From sequence record DRR723986_1848: a stretch of DNA of 64,000 bases. One strand, 5' to 3'. The position numbers were made by a program, and so were the translations under genes. Below the pieces are notes generated by a model that was not told the DNA's origin, did no database searches, and saw only the letters and a program-made list of their open reading frames with translations. Positions 59,962 through 64,000 of the stretch are shown in pieces (the stretch's first letter is position 1; each line of letters opens with the position of its first letter).

Positions 59962-61098
59962 GTGTCTGCCAACCAGTCCGTGGGCTTCGTAAAGCCCGAG
60001 CTTATTGAATTTACTGCACCGCTGTTGCTGGAGTGCGGAAAATCCCTGCCCAGTTATTCGCTGATGGTTGAAACGTATGGCACACTCAATGCCGAGAAAA
60101 GCAATGCTGTGCTGGTGTGCCACGCATTGAATGCCTCTCACCATGTGGCAGGTCTGTACGAAGGGCAAGACAAGAGTGAGGGCTGGTGGGACAACATGGT
60201 GGGCCCGGGAAAGCCGCTGGATACCAACCGGTTCTTCGTGATTGGCGTGAACAACCTGGGTTCATGCTTTGGTTCTACCGGCCCCAGCAGCATCAACCCG
60301 GAAACCGGTAAACCCTATGGCGCCGACTTTCCGTTTGTCACTGTTCAAGACTGGGTGAATGCGCAGGTGCGGCTGGCAGATTACTTTGGCATCGAAAAGT
60401 TTGCTGCAGTCATGGGGGGCAGCCTGGGCGGCATGCAGGCCCTGCAATGGAGCCTCAGCTACCCCGACCGCGTGGGTCACTGCATGGTGATTGCCTCAAC
60501 TCCAAAGCTGAGCGCACAGAACATTGCCTTTAACGAAGTGGCGCGCCAGGCCATCGTGACCGATCCCGATTTTCATGGCGGCAATTATTATGAGCACGGC
60601 GTGGTACCCAAGCGCGGTTTGCGACTGGCTCGAATGATCGGCCACATCACCTACTTGAGCGGCGACGACATGGCCGAAAAGTTTGGCCGCACCCTGCGCA
60701 ACGGTGATTACAATTACGGGCTGGAGGTGGACTTCCAGGTGGAAAGCTACCTGCGCTACCAAGGCGACAAGTTTGCAGATTACTTTGATGCCAACACCTA
60801 CTTGCTGATTACCAAAGCGCTCGATTATTTTGACCCCGCGCGCCACACGGGTGGCGACTTGGCCAAAGCGCTTGAAGCGGCCAAAGCCAAATTTTTACTG
60901 GTCAGCTTTACCACCGACTGGCGTTTTGCCCCCGAGCGAACCCGCGAAATCGTGGAGGCCCTCATGGCCAACCAGCGCGATGTCACTTACGCGGAAATTG
61001 ACGCCCCACACGGTCACGATGCATTCTTGTTGACTGACGAGCGCTACCACAATGTGGTGCGTGGCTACTTTGAGCGCATTGCCAAGGAGCTTGCATGA
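59962..61098 (+). CDS. metX: Homoserine O-acyltransferase MetX
   Basis: [17 protein letters not shown] and HGHDAFL. Confidence 0.93.
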   Translation: MSANQSVGFVKPELIEFTAPLLLECGKSLPSYSLMVETYGTLNAEKSNAVLVCHALNASHHVAGLYEGQDKSEGWWDNMVGPGKPLDTNRFFVIGVNNLGSCFGSTGPSSINPETGKPYGADFPFVTVQDWVNAQVRLADYFGIEKFAAVMGGSLGGMQALQWSLSYPDRVGHCMVIASTPKLSAQNIAFNEVARQAIVTDPDFHGGNYYEHGVVPKRGLRLARMIGHITYLSGDDMAEKFGRTLRNGDYNYGLEVDFQVESYLRYQGDKFADYFDANTYLLITKALDYFDPARHTGGDLAKALEAAKAKFLLVSFTTDWRFAPERTREIVEALMANQRDVTYAEIDAPHGHDAFLLTDERYHNVVRGYFERIAKELA

Positions 61099-61736
61099 AA
61101 ACACTGCACGCTGTTCGCCAAGACATACAACCGTTGCCCATCGCAGTGCCCCGGGCCGATCTCGATTTGATCGAAAGCTGGGTACCCATGGGCGCACGTG
61201 TACTCGATTTGGGTTGTGGTGATGGCTCATTTCTGGCCCGTTTGATGAAAACCCGCAAGGCGACCGGCTATGGCGTCGAAATCGACGACACCAATGTGCA
61301 GCGCAGCGTCGCCAACGGCATCAATGTCATTCAGCAAGATCTGGAAAAGGGTCTGGCCATGTTCGAGGACCATGCCTTTGATGTGGTGATTTTGTCGCAA
61401 ACCCTGCAAGCCATGCACAACACCGAGCGAATCCTCAAAGAGATCGCCCGGGTTGGGAAAGAAGGCATCGTCAGCTTCCCCAATTTTGGTCATTGGTACC
61501 ATGTGTGGTCGATTGCCTTGGGTCGTATGCCGGTGTCCAAACAGATGCCTTATCAGTGGTACAACACCCCGAATATCCACCTGTGCACCCCCAAGGATTT
61601 TGAAGCGCTGGTTGCTCAAATCGGACATAAAGTACTGGGCAAACAACTTTTTTTGAACGGTGAGCCTGTTGAATTGTTGGGCAATTTGCGCAGCACTTTG
61701 GCGGTTTATCGTTTCAAGCCCCAGTTTGCCAACTAG
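61095..61736 (+). CDS. metW: Methionine biosynthesis protein MetW
   Basis: [18 protein letters not shown] and WYNTPNIH. Confidence 0.92.
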   Translation: MKTLHAVRQDIQPLPIAVPRADLDLIESWVPMGARVLDLGCGDGSFLARLMKTRKATGYGVEIDDTNVQRSVANGINVIQQDLEKGLAMFEDHAFDVVILSQTLQAMHNTERILKEIARVGKEGIVSFPNFGHWYHVWSIALGRMPVSKQMPYQWYNTPNIHLCTPKDFEALVAQIGHKVLGKQLFLNGEPVELLGNLRSTLAVYRFKPQFAN

Positions 61737-61745
61737 GCCAACTTC

Positions 61746-62075
61746 ATGAAAAGCCCGCAACCCACCCCGCTTGAAAACGAGTATTGGCGGCAGGTTAAAC
61801 GAATCACCGGTCGATTACTGGTGGTGTGGATTGGGCTGATTCTTGGTGTGGTTCTGTTTATTCCCCAACTCGGTATCACGGTGTATGGGGTTCCCTTGAC
61901 TTACTGGGTCATCTCCAGTGTGCTGCTTTTGAGTTTTTTAGGATTGGTGGCCTGCTACGCGTGGCGCATGGATAGGTTAGAATTGAAATTCAAACGAGCG
62001 GTGGAAAACAACCGCAACTATCTTGGAGACACGAATGAAGAGCAGCACCGGCGAGGTGGGAAAGCCCCTCACTGA
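61746..62075 (+). CDS. DUF4212-like small membrane protein
   Basis: YWR......LL.VW...G.PL.YW...YAWRMDRL. Confidence 0.6.
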   Translation: MKSPQPTPLENEYWRQVKRITGRLLVVWIGLILGVVLFIPQLGITVYGVPLTYWVISSVLLLSFLGLVACYAWRMDRLELKFKRAVENNRNYLGDTNEEQHRRGGKAPH

Positions 62076-64000
62076 CACCAAAGGCACGCCACTGCGTTTT
62101 GTAACCGGTTCGTCCCTGTTTGACGGACACGATGCAGCAATCAACATGATTCGCCGTTTGTTGCAAAGCCAAGGTGCTGAAGTCATTCACTTGGGGCACA
62201 ACCGTTCCGTTCAGGAATTGGTGGACGCCGCTATACAGGAAGATGCCGACGGCCTGGCCGTGAGCTCCTATCAAGGCGGGCACAATGAATTTTTCAAATA
62301 CATGGTGGACGAGCTAAAAGCTCAAAACGCCGGCCATATTCAGGTGTTTGGCGGCGGCGGTGGTGTTATTTTGCCCGCCGAAATCGAAGCCCTTCAAGCC
62401 TATGGTGTGAATCGGATTTACAGCCCCCAAGATGGCCAGAAAATGGGCCTGGAGGGCATGATCGGCGACATGATCGCCCGCGCGGCACAAGTGCGCGATG
62501 CCCGCAAAAAGATTGACACGGCTTGCACACCTCAAAGCATCAAGGCCTTGGCCAACGACTGGCCGCTGCTGACCCAACTGATTACCCGCCTTGAGCGTGA
62601 CGAAGTGCCTGCTGCCGATTTGGAAGTGATTCGCGAGCAAGCCAAAGCCAGTAAAACCCCAGTGTTGGGCATTACCGGTACGGGTGGCGCAGGCAAGTCG
62701 AGCCTGACTGATGAGCTGATTCGCCGCCTGCGCATGGACCATGGTGATGACCTGACCATTGGCGTGGTGTGTGTAGACCCTTCCCGCCGTAAAACCGGCG
62801 GTGCATTGCTGGGCGATCGCATCCGGATGAATGCCATTGGCCCTTGGGCTGGCAATGGCCCCAAAGTATTCATGCGCTCACTGGCCACCCGCGATTCCGC
62901 TCAGGAAGTACCCGCTACTCTGCCAGATATTATTGCCTTGTGTCGCGCTACGGGTTTTGATGTGGTGCTGATTGAAACTCCGGGCATTGGCCAGGGCGAT
63001 GCGGCCATCGTGCCGCATGTGGATTTCAGCCTGTATGTGATGACACCGGAATACGGTGCAGCCAGCCAGCTTGAAAAAATCGACATGCTGGATTTTGCCG
63101 ATTTTGTGGCGGTGAACAAATTTGACCGCAAGGGCGCACTCGATGCCCTGCGGGATGTGTGCAAACAGGTGCAGCGTAACCGCATGGCTTTTACCAGCAT
63201 GCCCGACACCATGCCTGTGTACGGCACGCTGGCCAGCCGGTTTAACGACGATGGTGTCAGCGCCCTGTATAAAGCATTGCGCGCAGCCCTGCCCATTGCC
63301 AAGCCTTCCAAAGGCTTGTTCAATTCAATCGACACCAAACATTCCACCACCCTGAAAGCCGTAGTGCCTTCCGAGCGCGTGCGTTATCTGGCTGAAATCG
63401 CACAGGCTGTACGCAGTTACAAGGCGCAAGTACAAAAAGACGTGGCTGCAGTGTACGACCTGGAATGCATGCAACGTGCCCAAGCCCTATTGCTTGAACA
63501 CAAGCCTGACAAAACCAAGGCGGTGGAAGCGCTGGATGACATTGTCGAACTGACGAACACTCGAATCAGCATGGCTGCGCAAAAGGCCATGAAAGACTAT
63601 TCAAAGCTGACTGAGGGTTACCAAGGCGACACGCTGACCTATGAAGTGCGCGGCAAGGCCCTGCAAGCACCGTTGACCGTGACTTCGCTCAGTGGCCTGA
63701 AAATCAATCGCGTCAGTCTGCCCAAGTTCACCAGTCGGGCCGACCTGCTGAAATTCGTGATGCTGGAAAACCTGCCGGGTTATTTCCCCTTCACCGCAGG
63801 CGTGTTCCCCGTGAAGCGGGAAGGCGAGGACCCTACCCGCATGTTTGCCGGTGAGGGCGACCCCGCACGCACCAACCGCCGTTTCAAAATGCTCAGCAGT
63901 GCAAGCGATGCCAAGCGATTGTCGACTGCTTTTGACTCGGTCACCCTGTACGGTTTTGATCCCGACCTGCGCCCCGACATTTACGGCAAGGTGGGCACCA
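62035..64000 (+). CDS. icmF: Fused isobutyryl-CoA mutase/MeaB GTPase IcmF-like (runs off the right edge)
   Basis: Manual translation from ATG 62035: SLFDGHDAAIN (B12 DxH), GTGGAGKSS, DPSRRKTGGALLGDRIRMN, EDPTRMFAGEG. Confidence 0.88.
   Translation, partial: MKSSTGEVGKPLTDTKGTPLRFVTGSSLFDGHDAAINMIRRLLQSQGAEVIHLGHNRSVQELVDAAIQEDADGLAVSSYQGGHNEFFKYMVDELKAQNAGHIQVFGGGGGVILPAEIEALQAYGVNRIYSPQDGQKMGLEGMIGDMIARAAQVRDARKKIDTACTPQSIKALANDWPLLTQLITRLERDEVPAADLEVIREQAKASKTPVLGITGTGGAGKSSLTDELIRRLRMDHGDDLTIGVVCVDPSRRKTGGALLGDRIRMNAIGPWAGNGPKVFMRSLATRDSAQEVPATLPDIIALCRATGFDVVLIETPGIGQGDAAIVPHVDFSLYVMTPEYGAASQLEKIDMLDFADFVAVNKFDRKGALDALRDVCKQVQRNRMAFTSMPDTMPVYGTLASRFNDDGVSALYKALRAALPIAKPSKGLFNSIDTKHSTTLKAVVPSERVRYLAEIAQAVRSYKAQVQKDVAAVYDLECMQRAQALLLEHKPDKTKAVEALDDIVELTNTRISMAAQKAMKDYSKLTEGYQGDTLTYEVRGKALQAPLTVTSLSGLKINRVSLPKFTSRADLLKFVMLENLPGYFPFTAGVFPVKREGEDPTRMFAGEGDPARTNRRFKMLSSASDAKRLSTAFDSVTLYGFDPDLRPDIYGKVGT

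Overview
Betaproteobacterial chromosome segment (gene order ubiK-torF-glnK-amtB-gshAB-PTS-metXW is Burkholderiales-like; possibly Limnobacter, unverified). It carries a complete 39,351-bp Tn7-like transposon (11576-50926) inserted in comM/yifB. The ends are TGTTA...TAACA imperfect inverted repeats, flanked by a 5-bp TCCGC target-site duplication, and removing the element restores the comM reading frame. The element encodes TnsA-TnsB-TnsC-TniQ, a 12xCxxC TnsF-like comM selector and a detached TnsE-like gene. Cargo: (i) a patatin with a membrane partner; (ii) a split TcB/TcC-like RHS toxin, both halves with apparent signal peptides, ending in a PD-(D/E)xK nuclease, with an immunity candidate and a divergent minimal type II secretion operon; (iii) an AbrB-led SspBCD-like phosphorothioation operon in which the usual SspE/SspFGH genes are replaced by a MORC/GHKL-histidine kinase fusion and a receiver-domain protein; (iv) two orphan antitoxins. 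Modules (ii) and (iii) are the best candidates for undescribed systems. The flanks are ordinary housekeeping genes. All family calls are by motif recognition only; no searches were run.
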